Positions 18,265 through 28,634 of a stretch of DNA of 64,000 bases are shown piece by piece. Source of the stretch: Candidatus Krumholzibacteriota bacterium. GTDB taxonomy: Bacteria; Krumholzibacteriota; Krumholzibacteriia; JAJRXK01. Position numbers and translations under genes: made by a program. Position 1 is the stretch's first letter. Each line of letters starts with the position of its first letter. The stretch lies in the NCBI GenBank assembly GCA_963764625.1, contig CAVXTH010000007.1, forward strand, positions 32,001-96,000, read 5' to 3'. Below the pieces are notes generated by a model. That model was not told the origin of the DNA. It saw only the letters and a list, made by a program, of their open reading frames with translations, and searched no databases.

Positions 18265-18753
18265 TCAGATGCGCTGAAAGCTCCACGAAAGCGGTTCGTC
18301 GTTCTCGTAGGGCATGTAGCCGTGAAAACAGCGCGGATCGTCGTCGAAAACCAGAGCTAAAAAGTAGCGATCGCCTTTCCACATGGGCAGGCGATCGAGT
18401 TCGTCCAGAGCGTGCCAAGCCAGGGTGCCCTCGGCGTTCTCCCGGAAGGGGCTCCCCTCGAACTCCTCGATGAGAAAGACGAAGCCTAACCAATCCTCAC
18501 CCTTGGGTCCGAACCCGGTCCAGTTGACGGTGCCCCGCAGACGCATGGTCTTCACCCGTAGCCCGGTTTCCTCCAGAATCTCCCGGCGCATGCAGCTGAC
18601 CACGTCTTCGGTGGCGAGCATCTTCCCACCCACACCGTTGTACTTTCCCAGTTGGTCGTCATCCGGGCGGAAGGAGCGGTGGACCAGAAGTGTTTTCGTG
18701 CGATCGGGAGAGAGAATGTAGCCCAGACTGCCGACGATGGGCGTATAGTGCAT
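18265..18753 (-). CDS. NUDIX hydrolase (8-oxo-dGTP diphosphatase-like)
   Basis: Nudix box GGKMLATEDVVSCMRREILEETG; EGTLAW; LPMWKGDRYF. Confidence 0.9.
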   Translation of the reverse strand: MHYTPIVGSLGYILSPDRTKTLLVHRSFRPDDDQLGKYNGVGGKMLATEDVVSCMRREILEETGLRVKTMRLRGTVNWTGFGPKGEDWLGFVFLIEEFEGSPFRENAEGTLAWHALDELDRLPMWKGDRYFLALVFDDDPRCFHGYMPYENDEPLSWSFQRI

Positions 18754-18870
18754 GGAGTTCCTTCCCAGAGCGAGCGCGATGCAACCATTCGTTGGATTCG
18801 TGCGTCTTGCCATAGTAACCTGTACCCGCTTCTGTGATCATCGTTTTTCCGCGCCGGCTCGAGAGGGCGC

Positions 18871-20040
18871 GTGGACCCACTGGAGGATTTCGTGTCCAAG
18901 CGTAACGCCCGGTGCGCTCTCGCCGCACTCGTCCTGTCCGTCAGTCTCTCTCTGTTCAGTGCCTGCGGCCACCACGGCTCCCAGAATCACGGCGACTCGA
19001 GCTCTTCCGATGCTTCGGCGGATTCGACCGTCCAGACCGCGAAAGGCGACTCGAGCTCGAAGAAAGACGAGGCCATTCCGGTCGAGATCGCTGTGCTGCA
19101 GACGGGCCCCATGGAAGCGGTGATCAAGTCCTCGACGAACATCGAAGCCGAGAGCCACATCGAGGTGGTGTCGGAAGCGGCCCGACGGGTGCGACAGCTC
19201 TTGGCCGAAGAGGGCGATCACGTGAAGAAGGGTCAAGTGCTCTTACGCCTTCAGGACGAGGATCAACGGAGCAACGTGGACAAGGCCAAGGCGCAACTCG
19301 AGCACTCACGCGACGAGCTTTCACGCCAGCAGGAGCTGCAGAAGAAAGGGTTAAACACCGAGCAAGCCCTCAAGGACGCGCGCTACACTTTCGAGCAGAA
19401 CCGTCTGGCCCATGAAGACGCGATGCGAGAGTTGAGCTACACCGAGCTGCGCGCTCCGATCGAGGGAACGGTCACCAAGCGTCTGGTCAGTCTCGGGGAC
19501 AACGTCACCGTCGGGCAGCCGCTATTCGAAATCATCGACTTCGAATCGATGGTCGCCCGCGTCTACATTCCCGAGAACGATCTACCCCAGCTGGCAATTG
19601 GCCAAACCGTGCGCGTTCATGTGCCGGCCGCCCGCGAGCAAGCCTATCAGGGTGTCGTTTCGCGGATCGCACCGGTGGTGGACGCGCGCAGCGGTACGGT
19701 GAAAGTGACGGTGGCGTTGGGGAAGCAGCCGGGATTGCGCCCCGGCCTCTTCGTCGACCTCGAGTTGATCACCGCGGTGGATCAAGACGCCTTGAGGTTG
19801 CCCAAGCGCGCACTCGTGTATGACAACGATCAGATCTACGCCTATCGCCTCGTGGCCGACCGGAAGGTCGAGAGGCTCCCCGTCGTCCCCGGCCTCACCG
19901 GACAGGACTACCTGCAGCCGCTCACGAATTTCGCCGAGGGGGATACCATCGTTGTGACCGGCCAGGCGGCCCTGAAGGACGGAACCACGGTGCGAGTCGT
20001 CAACTTCGATGCTCTCACCGCGGAGGCCACGCGGCAGTGA
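18871..20040 (+). CDS. RND efflux periplasmic adaptor (MFP), lipoprotein
   Basis: LFSAC lipobox, EEGDHVKKGQVL, LRAPIEG, IAPVVDARSGT, LRPGLF. Confidence 0.92.
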   Translation: MDPLEDFVSKRNARCALAALVLSVSLSLFSACGHHGSQNHGDSSSSDASADSTVQTAKGDSSSKKDEAIPVEIAVLQTGPMEAVIKSSTNIEAESHIEVVSEAARRVRQLLAEEGDHVKKGQVLLRLQDEDQRSNVDKAKAQLEHSRDELSRQQELQKKGLNTEQALKDARYTFEQNRLAHEDAMRELSYTELRAPIEGTVTKRLVSLGDNVTVGQPLFEIIDFESMVARVYIPENDLPQLAIGQTVRVHVPAAREQAYQGVVSRIAPVVDARSGTVKVTVALGKQPGLRPGLFVDLELITAVDQDALRLPKRALVYDNDQIYAYRLVADRKVERLPVVPGLTGQDYLQPLTNFAEGDTIVVTGQAALKDGTTVRVVNFDALTAEATRQ

Positions 20041-23000
20041 ATTCTGAGAGAGTGCGTTCCTTCGTAACCGACCGACCGGTCGCGGTTTTGATGCTCTTCA
20101 TCGCGGCGGTCGTGTTCGGTGGGTTTTCCTACGGTCGTCTCGCTCTCACCCTGATGCCCGAGCTGAGCTACCCGACTCTCACGGTGAGAACCGAATATCC
20201 TGGCGCTGCCCCGGAGGAAGTGGAAAACGACATCTCTCGTCCGGTGGAAGAAGCCCTGGGCGTCATCGGAGGATTGCGCAAGATCAGCAGCGTGAGCCGC
20301 TCGGAAGTGAGCGACGTGGTGCTCGAGTTCTCCTGGGACACGGACATCAACGACGCCACCCAGTCGGTTTTGGAACGGCTCGATCTTGTGTTTCTACCCG
20401 ATGAAGCGAAGCGCCCGCTGATTCTCCATTTCGACCCCTCGCTCGATCCGGTGATGGAGCTGAGTCTCTCCGGCAAGGGCCAGCGCTTCGAGGGAGAGGA
20501 AGGTCTGCGCAGGTTGCGCCGCCTGGCCGACCTGTACGTCAAGCGCCAGTTGGAGCCCATCAAGGGGGTCGCGGCGGTTCGGGTGAAGGGAGGGCTGCAG
20601 GAGGAGATCAACGTCCTGCTCGACGAGGGCCAGCTGCGCCGCACCGGCATCTCCATTCAGCAAGTCATCGACCGTCTGGCGCAGGAGAACATCAATGTCG
20701 CGGGTGGGACCATTCAAGAGGGCCGCACCGAGTACCTCGTCCGCACTCTGAACGAGTACGAGAACCTGGGTCAAATCGAAGACACGATCGTGGCCAGCGT
20801 CGATGGCCGTGACGTGCGAGTGAAAGATCTGGGCAAGGTCGAGTTCTCCCACAAGGAACGCCAGATCGTCACGCACACCGACGGCAGCGAGAGCGTTCAG
20901 ATCGAAATCTACAAGGAGGCTGATGCCAACATCGTGGCGCTGGCCAAGAGTGTGAAATTCCTTTTGGGTTCTACCGATCCCGAATCGGGTTCGCCCAGCG
21001 GTTTGGCGGGGCAGATCTATCAAAACGAAGGGGCAGTGCTCAAGGTCGTCGCCGATCGTTCGGTTTTCATCGAGAGTTCGATCAAGGAGCTGCGCAGTAC
21101 CGCGATTCTCGGCGGGCTGTTGGCGATCTTCGTGCTCTACCTCTTCCTGCGAGAATTCCGAAGCACCGCCATCATCGCCGTCAGCATCCCGATTTCGCTC
21201 TTGGTGACTTTCGCGCCGATGCACCTCTTCGGGGTGTCGCTCAACATCATGTCCCTGGGAGGTCTTGCCCTGGGGATAGGTATGTTGGTGGACTCGTCCA
21301 TCGTGGTTCTGGAGTCCATCCATCGTTGCCGGCAGGAAGGGGACGAGTTCGTTCCCGCCGCGGTTCGGGGAACGCAAGAGGTGCGCTCGGCCGTCTGGGC
21401 TTCCACTCTCACCTCCATCGCCGTGTTTTTTCCCATGGTCTTCGTGGAAGGGGTGGCGGGTCAGGCCTTCGGCGACCTCGGGCTGGCGGTGGTGGCTTCT
21501 CTCTTGGCTTCTGCCGCGGTCGCTCTCTACCTCATTCCCATGCTGGCCAGCCGCGGTGGGGTGAGAGTGGAGGAACTCTCCACCCGAGAGTTGCATCTGA
21601 CCCGATTCCACGGCTTCGCGAAGTTCAAGAGCGCGTACCGGGACCGGTCGATTCGGGCCAGAATCCTCCTGATGGCCACGGTGCTCCCGAGCCTCTACTT
21701 CCTGCTGCGTCTAGTGGTTGGATTCTTTCTGGAGCTCGTCGGCAAGTTCATTCTCCTCCTCTTCTTGCTGGTGGTGGGTGTCTTTCGGCGTCTGCTCTGG
21801 CCGCTCGGCGCCCGCGTGCTCCATCTGCTTCTCCTTCCCTTCCTGAAGCTGACGAACGCCAGCCTGGGCTGGCTCCACCGCGCCTATCCACGCGCGCTGC
21901 GTTGGACTCTGGCGAATCCGGGCGTGACCATCGTGTTCATCCTCGCGGCGCTGGGAACCACAATCTGGGTGGGAGGATCTCTCGACAGCGAACTGCTTCC
22001 CCAAGTTCATCAGGGTGAGTTCACGGTGGAGGTCACGCTTCCGGTGGGCACACCCCTGAAGGAAACGCAGGCGCGATTGCAACCGGTAGAGCAGGCCATC
22101 CTGGCTCACAAGAAGGGGATCCAATCGGTCATCGTGACCTACGGCTACGACCCCGCCCAGTCGGAGGACTCGGACGAGGGTGAGCATACCGCAAAGTTCA
22201 AGATCCTCCTCGCCAAGGGTTCGCGCGGCGCAAAGGCGGAGGAGAGGATCATCAGGAGCCTTCGGGCGCGCCTGGCGGATCTGCCCGACATCAGCTCGCA
22301 GACCACGCGTCCCGTCATCTTTTCCTCCAAGACTCCCATCGAGGTCGAAATCTACGGCGACGATCTCGTCGAGCTGAGGCGTATGTCCGAGCGCGTTCGC
22401 ACCGTGATGGAATCGATGAGTTCGCTGGCCGACGTGGAAGCCACTCTCCAGACCGGAGCTCCGGAGATCCAGGTCGTTTACGACCGCGATCGTCTCTCGC
22501 GCTACGGACTGAACATCATGAAAGTGGCGCAGATGGTGCGCGACAAGGTGCAGGGACACGAGGCCACCCGATTCAATCTCCTCGACCGTCGCGTGCCCAT
22601 CCTGGTGCGCCTCAATGAGAACGAACGGGAGACTGTGGATGACGTCGAGGGCCTGGTCGTCAATCCGGAAGGCGAGCGTCCCATCACTCTGGGATCGGTG
22701 GCCAAGGTGGAAGTGGGAGAGGGCCCGAGCGAAGTGCGCCGGGTCGACGGGCGCCGGGTTGCCTTGGTTCGCGCCAATCTGAACCAAGGCTCCCTGAGCG
22801 AGGCGGTGGGTTCGATCCAGCGTGAGCTTCATCGCCAGGTCGATTGGCCGGCCGGAATGGGCTTCTACATCAGCGGACAGAGCGAAGAATGGGAGCGCAG
22901 CAAGGGCAGCCTTTATCTCGCCCTCGGTCTCTCGATCTTTCTCGTCTACGTGATCATGGCCATCCAGTTCGAATCGCTGCTGCATCCGCTCGTGGTCATG

Positions 23001-23462
23001 TTCAGCATTCCCCTGGCTTTTCTCGGCACGGTGGTCGTGCTGAAGCTTCTGGGCTTCGCGCTCTCGGTGGTAGTGTTCTTGGGGATGATCATGCTGGCCG
23101 GAATCGTGGTGAACAACGCCATCGTCCTGGTGGACTACGTGAACCAACTGCGACGGCGCGGTATGGAGATGAAGGAAGCCATCGTCCAGGCGGGCAGTGT
23201 ACGCCTGCGTCCCATCCTCATGACGACGGCCACCACGGTTCTCGGACTCTTGCCGATGGCGGTGGGGCTGGGTGACGGCTCGGAAATTCGAACTCCCATG
23301 GCGGTGTCCGTCATCAGCGGTCTGCTCTCGTCGACCATACTCACGCTGCTCGTCATCCCGAGCCTCTACCTCATGCTCGATTCCCTCGTTTCCCGCATTC
23401 GCAAACGCGTCACCGGAAGCCCCGCCCTCGGTCCGGCCGAGAGCACGGGGGGCGAATCATGA
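20037..23462 (+). CDS. RND efflux permease (AcrB/AcrD/AcrF family) 1
   Basis: YPGAAPEEVE, GMLVDSSIVVLE, GIVVNNAIVLVD, RLRPILMTT. Confidence 0.95.
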   Translation: MNSERVRSFVTDRPVAVLMLFIAAVVFGGFSYGRLALTLMPELSYPTLTVRTEYPGAAPEEVENDISRPVEEALGVIGGLRKISSVSRSEVSDVVLEFSWDTDINDATQSVLERLDLVFLPDEAKRPLILHFDPSLDPVMELSLSGKGQRFEGEEGLRRLRRLADLYVKRQLEPIKGVAAVRVKGGLQEEINVLLDEGQLRRTGISIQQVIDRLAQENINVAGGTIQEGRTEYLVRTLNEYENLGQIEDTIVASVDGRDVRVKDLGKVEFSHKERQIVTHTDGSESVQIEIYKEADANIVALAKSVKFLLGSTDPESGSPSGLAGQIYQNEGAVLKVVADRSVFIESSIKELRSTAILGGLLAIFVLYLFLREFRSTAIIAVSIPISLLVTFAPMHLFGVSLNIMSLGGLALGIGMLVDSSIVVLESIHRCRQEGDEFVPAAVRGTQEVRSAVWASTLTSIAVFFPMVFVEGVAGQAFGDLGLAVVASLLASAAVALYLIPMLASRGGVRVEELSTRELHLTRFHGFAKFKSAYRDRSIRARILLMATVLPSLYFLLRLVVGFFLELVGKFILLLFLLVVGVFRRLLWPLGARVLHLLLLPFLKLTNASLGWLHRAYPRALRWTLANPGVTIVFILAALGTTIWVGGSLDSELLPQVHQGEFTVEVTLPVGTPLKETQARLQPVEQAILAHKKGIQSVIVTYGYDPAQSEDSDEGEHTAKFKILLAKGSRGAKAEERIIRSLRARLADLPDISSQTTRPVIFSSKTPIEVEIYGDDLVELRRMSERVRTVMESMSSLADVEATLQTGAPEIQVVYDRDRLSRYGLNIMKVAQMVRDKVQGHEATRFNLLDRRVPILVRLNENERETVDDVEGLVVNPEGERPITLGSVAKVEVGEGPSEVRRVDGRRVALVRANLNQGSLSEAVGSIQRELHRQVDWPAGMGFYISGQSEEWERSKGSLYLALGLSIFLVYVIMAIQFESLLHPLVVMFSIPLAFLGTVVVLKLLGFALSVVVFLGMIMLAGIVVNNAIVLVDYVNQLRRRGMEMKEAIVQAGSVRLRPILMTTATTVLGLLPMAVGLGDGSEIRTPMAVSVISGLLSSTILTLLVIPSLYLMLDSLVSRIRKRVTGSPALGPAESTGGES

Positions 23463-26400
23463 CGCCAAGGCCGAGCGACAAAGAACCGTCCCTGCCGCGT
23501 TTCTCGCTGCGGCGTCCCATCACGGTGCTCGTCCTTCTGGCGGCGGTGATCGTGGTGGGTCTGGTGGCGGCGCTGGGGATTCCCGTCGAACTCATTCCTA
23601 AGGGCTTCACCAATCCATCCCTGACCGTCTTCGTGCCGTGGCGTGATTCACCGCCGCGCGAGGTGCTCGAGAAGGTCACGCAGCCACTCGAGGACGAAAT
23701 GGGAACGGTTCGTGGGCTCGAGAGTGTGTCCTCTGCGTCCTCGGTGGGCCGGTCGCGGGTCTTTCTGCGCTTCAAGCAGAGCACCGACATGGATCTCGCC
23801 TATCGCGAGGTGAGGGACCGGGTCGAACGCGCCCGCAGGACGTTTCCCGACGATGCCGACAAGGTGTACATCTTCAAACATGACACCTCGGGCATTCCCG
23901 TCTACGTGGTGGGAGTGGCCGTCGATCCCGACGTGAGTGATGCCTACAATCTCATTCAGAAGCAAATCGTGCTGCCGCTGGAGAGAACGGATGGGGTGGC
24001 CAAGGTCGAAGTACAGGGACTCGAGGAGAAGGAGATTCTCATCGAGCTCGATCGGAATCGCACCGAAGCGGCCGGCCTCAACATCTACCAGATGGCCCAG
24101 GAGTTGGGCAGCGACTCCTTCACCATGGCCAGCGGGAAAGTCTACGAGGGGGGTAAGAAACTCCTGCTTCGCTCAGTGGCTCGCTACCGGAACATCGATG
24201 AATTGAGGAATCGTCCCGTAGCCCCCGGGATCCGCCTCAAAGACGTCGCCACCGTCAAGTACGAGGAGCCCGAAAAGCAATATCGGGTCCGCGCCATGAG
24301 CCGCCCTGCCTACGCGCTGGTCGTGTTCAAGGAAGGCGAGGCGAACGCCCGCGCGGTCTGCCGGCGCCTGGACAAAGTCTACGAGGAACTGGAAGCCGAC
24401 CCACGTCTTTCGAGCGTCGAGTTTCTGGAGATCTTCGATCAGGGGGACGTGATTCAGGAGAGCCTCAGGACACTGCTGCAAAGCGGTGCGATCGGCGGCC
24501 TCATCGCGGGGCTCGTGCTCTTCTTTTTCTTACGGAGATTCCGGGTGACGATGGTGGTGAATCTCGCCATCCCTCTGAGTCTCCTCGTGGCGCTTACCGT
24601 CATGTTCTTCGCCGGCCAATCGATCAACATCATTTCGATGCTCGCCCTGATGGTGAGCGTGGGCCTACTTGGTGGACAATTCCGTCGTGGTGGCCGAAAA
24701 CATCGACCGAATGCACAAGACGGGGCTCACTCGTCACGATGCAGCGATCTGGGGTGCGGGTGAAATCGGTATCGCCATCACCATGTCCACCCTGACCACA
24801 GTGATCGTCTTCTTGCCGGTCGCGCTCGTGCAGGGACCGGGTCAGTTCTTCCTTCTGCGGATGGCGATTCCCATTTGCGTGGCTCTGCTGGCATCTCTCC
24901 TGGTGGCCCTGGTCTGCATTCCCTTGGGCGTGTACCTGACCCTCCCCAAGAGAAGCTCCGGGGCGACGAACAAAGACGGGATCGTGCGCCGTTGGTTGCT
25001 GCGTGCCTACGAACACAGCTTCGGACCCATGAACCGCTTCTATAATAAGATGTTGGCCCGCGCATTGGTGATGCGTCTGGATCTGGTGCTCGCACTCATG
25101 CTGGTCTTCGCCGCCACGGTGGGAATCATGAAGGCACGCCATCTGCGATTCGTGGATGTTCAGGACAACGAGCGCAGCGGCTTCAATATCGATGTCGACA
25201 TGCCCGATACCTACACGCTGGATGAGACGGGCCAGTGGTTCCTTGCTGCCGAGAAGATCATCGAGGATCACCAAGACGAGCTGGGGCTCGAGGGATGGTT
25301 TCTCTGGCATAGCAAGACGCAGGGTGAGTTGGAGGGGTGGTTCACCACGCCGCGAAGTTCGAAGCTCTCCCCGAACGAAGTGACGGCGCGCGTCATGAAG
25401 CTGCTGCCCCAGAGACCGGGGATGGAGCTTCGTTCGGGGGAGGACTCCCCGGTCGAGGACGCCAAGGGCCAGTCCACCTTTCAAGTGACTCTCAACGGTG
25501 AGAGCGTCGACATTCTCGATCACGTATCCGATCAACTGTCGGGGGTCTTCCTGCAAGTGCCCGGGGTTCTGGCCATGCGCAAGTCCGACGACAAACCCCC
25601 GAACGAACTGGGACTGGTCATCGATCGGGAGCGGGTTCAGCGCTACGGAGTGAATCCGGCGGTGGTGGCGGGAATGGTGGGATACGCGCTGCGCGGTCAG
25701 AGCCTGCCCAAGTATCGGGATGAGGGCAGAGAGGTTCCGGTGCGAGTGCGCTACCAGAAGAAAGACCGGGACAACCTGGAGGCGCTGGAGAGTTTCATGG
25801 TGCCCACTAACGACGGGGGAGGGTTACCCCTCTCGGCCGTGACCAGGGTGGAGCAACTCCAGAGTCCAAGCACGATCTGGCGACGGGACAAGCGGATTTC
25901 CCGTACCATCACTCTCGACCTCGTTGAAGGGGAAGCGAAGTCGACGCGCGAGGACTTGAGCGCGATCATGAAAAATCTGGACCTGCCAGAAGGGGTTTCG
26001 TTCTCCGATTCGACTCCGCAGAAGAAACTCGACGAAGACCTGAAGGGACTCATCTTCGCCCTGATGATCTCGGTGGTGTTCATCTACCTGCTGATGGGTC
26101 TGCTCTTCGAGAGCTTCATCCTACCGCTCTCGATCATTTTCACCATTCCCTTGGCCAGCCTCGGGGTCATCTGGATTCATCTTCTGGCCAGAATGGACAT
26201 CGATTTCTTGGGAGCGGTGGGGGTGGTGCTTCTGGTCGGAGTGGTGGTGAACAACGGAATCGTCCTCATCGACTACGTCAATCGTCTCCGCGCTCAGGGA
26301 CACGAGCGTCGTGAGGCGATCCTCTTGGCAGCGGACCGCCGATTCCGTCCCATCATGATGACGGCGATCACCACCATCGGAGGCATGGTTCCGTTGGCTC

Positions 26401-26597
26401 TCAGCGGTCGAATGGAGTCGGGGATTTCCTACACGAGCTTCTCGCTGACTCTGATCGGGGGGATGACCACCGCGACGCTGTTGACGCTGCTCGTGGTGCC
26501 GGTCTTCTACACTTTCTTCGACGACCTGCGCGCTGCCTTCGAAGCGGCACTGCGACGCGTACTCCGCGTGCGCCGTACCGCCACGAAAGCGATATGA
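23459..26597 (+). CDS. RND efflux permease 2, with +1 frameshift near 24669
   Basis: Removing one T from CTACTTGGTG restores VGLLVDNSVVVAE; also VVVNNGIVLID and RFRPIMMT. Confidence 0.9.
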
Positions 26598-26627
26598 ACC
26601 CAATCCAGGAATCGATCCGAAGCCGGG

Positions 26628-27215
26628 TCAGGGGTTCCCGTATCCCGACTTGATCACGCCCCAGGAGGGCTGCGTCGTTTCCACCCCGGCGCAGTCGGTG
26701 TCATTGTAGTCGTAGAAACCATCGCCGTCGTTGTCCAACCCCTTGCGATCACCGTTGTAATCCTCGCCGCCGTTGTTCTTGCCGATGGCGCACGGCTGGG
26801 TGAGGTTCACATCGGTGCGGGAGTAGTAGGCGGGCAAGGTGGTCTCCGGCGGAGGCGTCCCGTCCCCGGAGTGGCAGCTGCTGCAGACCGTGATGCCGTG
26901 GTCCGTGGCGTGGGCCAGTCTCAGTCCCTCGCCCATGTGACACCCGTTGCAGCCGTGGTTGGCGTCTGCAGCGCTGGCATCCGTGTGGGGACTGCCGAAA
27001 CCGGTATAGTGACAGAGATTACAATTGTTCGTCATCTGACTGCCGCCGACGTGGAGGTCGTGCAGTGCTCCTCGGCTTTGGAAGCTGAGGTGGCAGTTCA
27101 CGCAACCGCCGCTGCCGGTGTCGGCGTAGGTTTCGTACGCGAACGCCGAGAGCGGAGTCAAGACTAAGGCGATGACCCCCAAGATCACAGCGCCGGCCAG
27201 GATCCTTTGGTTCAT
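26628..27215 (-). CDS. Secreted tetraheme c-type cytochrome with Asp-rich motif and C-terminal SWGxIK motif
   Basis: ATG at 27215 after GAGGAGG; signal peptide; CVNCH, CNLCH, CNGCH, CSSCH; GLDNDGDGFYDYNDTDC; ends QPSWGVIKSGYGNP. Confidence 0.85.
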   Translation of the reverse strand: MNQRILAGAVILGVIALVLTPLSAFAYETYADTGSGGCVNCHLSFQSRGALHDLHVGGSQMTNNCNLCHYTGFGSPHTDASAADANHGCNGCHMGEGLRLAHATDHGITVCSSCHSGDGTPPPETTLPAYYSRTDVNLTQPCAIGKNNGGEDYNGDRKGLDNDGDGFYDYNDTDCAGVETTQPSWGVIKSGYGNP

Positions 27216-27261
27216 GGAATCCTCCTCGATTGGGTTCAGGGTCCAAAGGAAAGTAAGACCG

Positions 27262-28590
27262 CTAAATCCTAACAGAGGGGGTGGGGGTGTGGGAAGCGGA
27301 GCCTCCGGCGGCGCGGATCGCCAGGAAACGCGCCAAAACCACCCCGAGGACGGCGCCAAGGCCCAAGGAGAGGGCATCGGTCAGATCCGCGGTGCGCGCG
27401 GGTAAAAAAAGTTGTGCCGCCTCCAGCACCAGGCCGACCAAAAAGAACTCCAGACCCACCCGGCGCGGCGAACGCCGCGGCCATAGACCGAAGCTCAACA
27501 GCCCCAAAGGCACCCCCATGCCAAGCTCGCGCAGGAAGTCCGCCAGCGCCCCGAGTCCCAGGCGCTCGAAGTAGGGGAAAAAGGGAAGCCAGCGGCGCCA
27601 TTCCCAATGCGCGGCGTGGGGGAGAGACCACGCGAAGGGAGCGAGCCGTTCGATGAGGACCACGAAGAGCCACACCGAAAGGCCGGCCGCCGCCGCGCTT
27701 CTCTCGTTGGGCCCGCGCTCCATCCACAGAGCGCCGAGCAGCGCTCCCGCGAAGGCCAAGACGACCACCGTCAGGTCGGTTCCTCGTCCCACTACCGCCA
27801 ATTGACCGAGCTCGACGCAGAGCGCGGTCAGCGTTGCCCCGGACACTGCCACCAGCACTCGTCCCAAGGCCGCCTTCGGGTGGCTCTCGCGACGGCAGGC
27901 CCAGGCCAAGAACCCGCCCAGAAGGGAGAACCGGGCCACGTCCGCTAACCAGGCCAGAGGATCAGAAGCCACTGGCGCCCCGAGGAAGGTGCTGCCGAAA
28001 GGAATCAATCGCGCCCCTTTGAGCGCTCGCTTGAGATCGTCGACGTCGAGGCTGAAGTTGAAGGGAAGCGCGCCGGCCAGGATCCACACGAGCACCAGCG
28101 CGCCGGCCAGGAGCCGGTAGGGATGCAATGCCGCCTCTTTCTCGTACCGCGGTAGCGCGTACTTTTTGCCCCAGGCGTCCCAAATCCCTCCCGAGACCGC
28201 ACCCAGGCCCGCGCCCAGAGTGTTGGTGAGTACATCGCTCGCCGCGGTCGTGCGCAGGGGTGAGAAGAGCTGAAGCGTTTCCACCCCGAGGCTCAAGGCC
28301 AGTCCGTACCCCACGGAGTAGAGAAGCGAGGCAAGAGGAGTCCGACGCCGCCCGCGGATGGTCAGGAAGGCCAAGAAGCCCAAGGGGACGAAGAGAAGGA
28401 CATTGCTGAAGAGATCGGTGCGGCTCAGATGGTGCGCCGCCGAAAGGCCGAAAACCTGCAGCTGAGCGTGAGCCCAGCCCTGGGCGGCGGTTGCCGCGTC
28501 GAAGCGAAAGTCGAAGGGAATGGTCGTTCCATAGATGATGAAGAGAGCCCAGAGAACGAGCAGGATCGTGACCAGTCGCAGGCGGTGCAT
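27262..28590 (-). CDS. VanZ-family multi-pass membrane protein (repeated VanZ units)
   Basis: DLFSNVLLFVPLG, VETLQLFSPLRT...SDVLTNTLG, EAAQLFLPARTADLTD. Confidence 0.85.
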   Translation of the reverse strand: MHRLRLVTILLVLWALFIIYGTTIPFDFRFDAATAAQGWAHAQLQVFGLSAAHHLSRTDLFSNVLLFVPLGFLAFLTIRGRRRTPLASLLYSVGYGLALSLGVETLQLFSPLRTTAASDVLTNTLGAGLGAVSGGIWDAWGKKYALPRYEKEAALHPYRLLAGALVLVWILAGALPFNFSLDVDDLKRALKGARLIPFGSTFLGAPVASDPLAWLADVARFSLLGGFLAWACRRESHPKAALGRVLVAVSGATLTALCVELGQLAVVGRGTDLTVVVLAFAGALLGALWMERGPNERSAAAAGLSVWLFVVLIERLAPFAWSLPHAAHWEWRRWLPFFPYFERLGLGALADFLRELGMGVPLGLLSFGLWPRRSPRRVGLEFFLVGLVLEAAQLFLPARTADLTDALSLGLGAVLGVVLARFLAIRAAGGSASHTPTPSVRI

Positions 28591-28634
28591 CTTTTACTCC
28601 AGGCGTTGCCGGTTCCGTTCGTGAACGAGGTCTC

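Noticed and set aside
27262-28590. Glycopeptide resistance locus
   Set aside because: VanZ-like domains are common membrane domains, and no van cluster is present.
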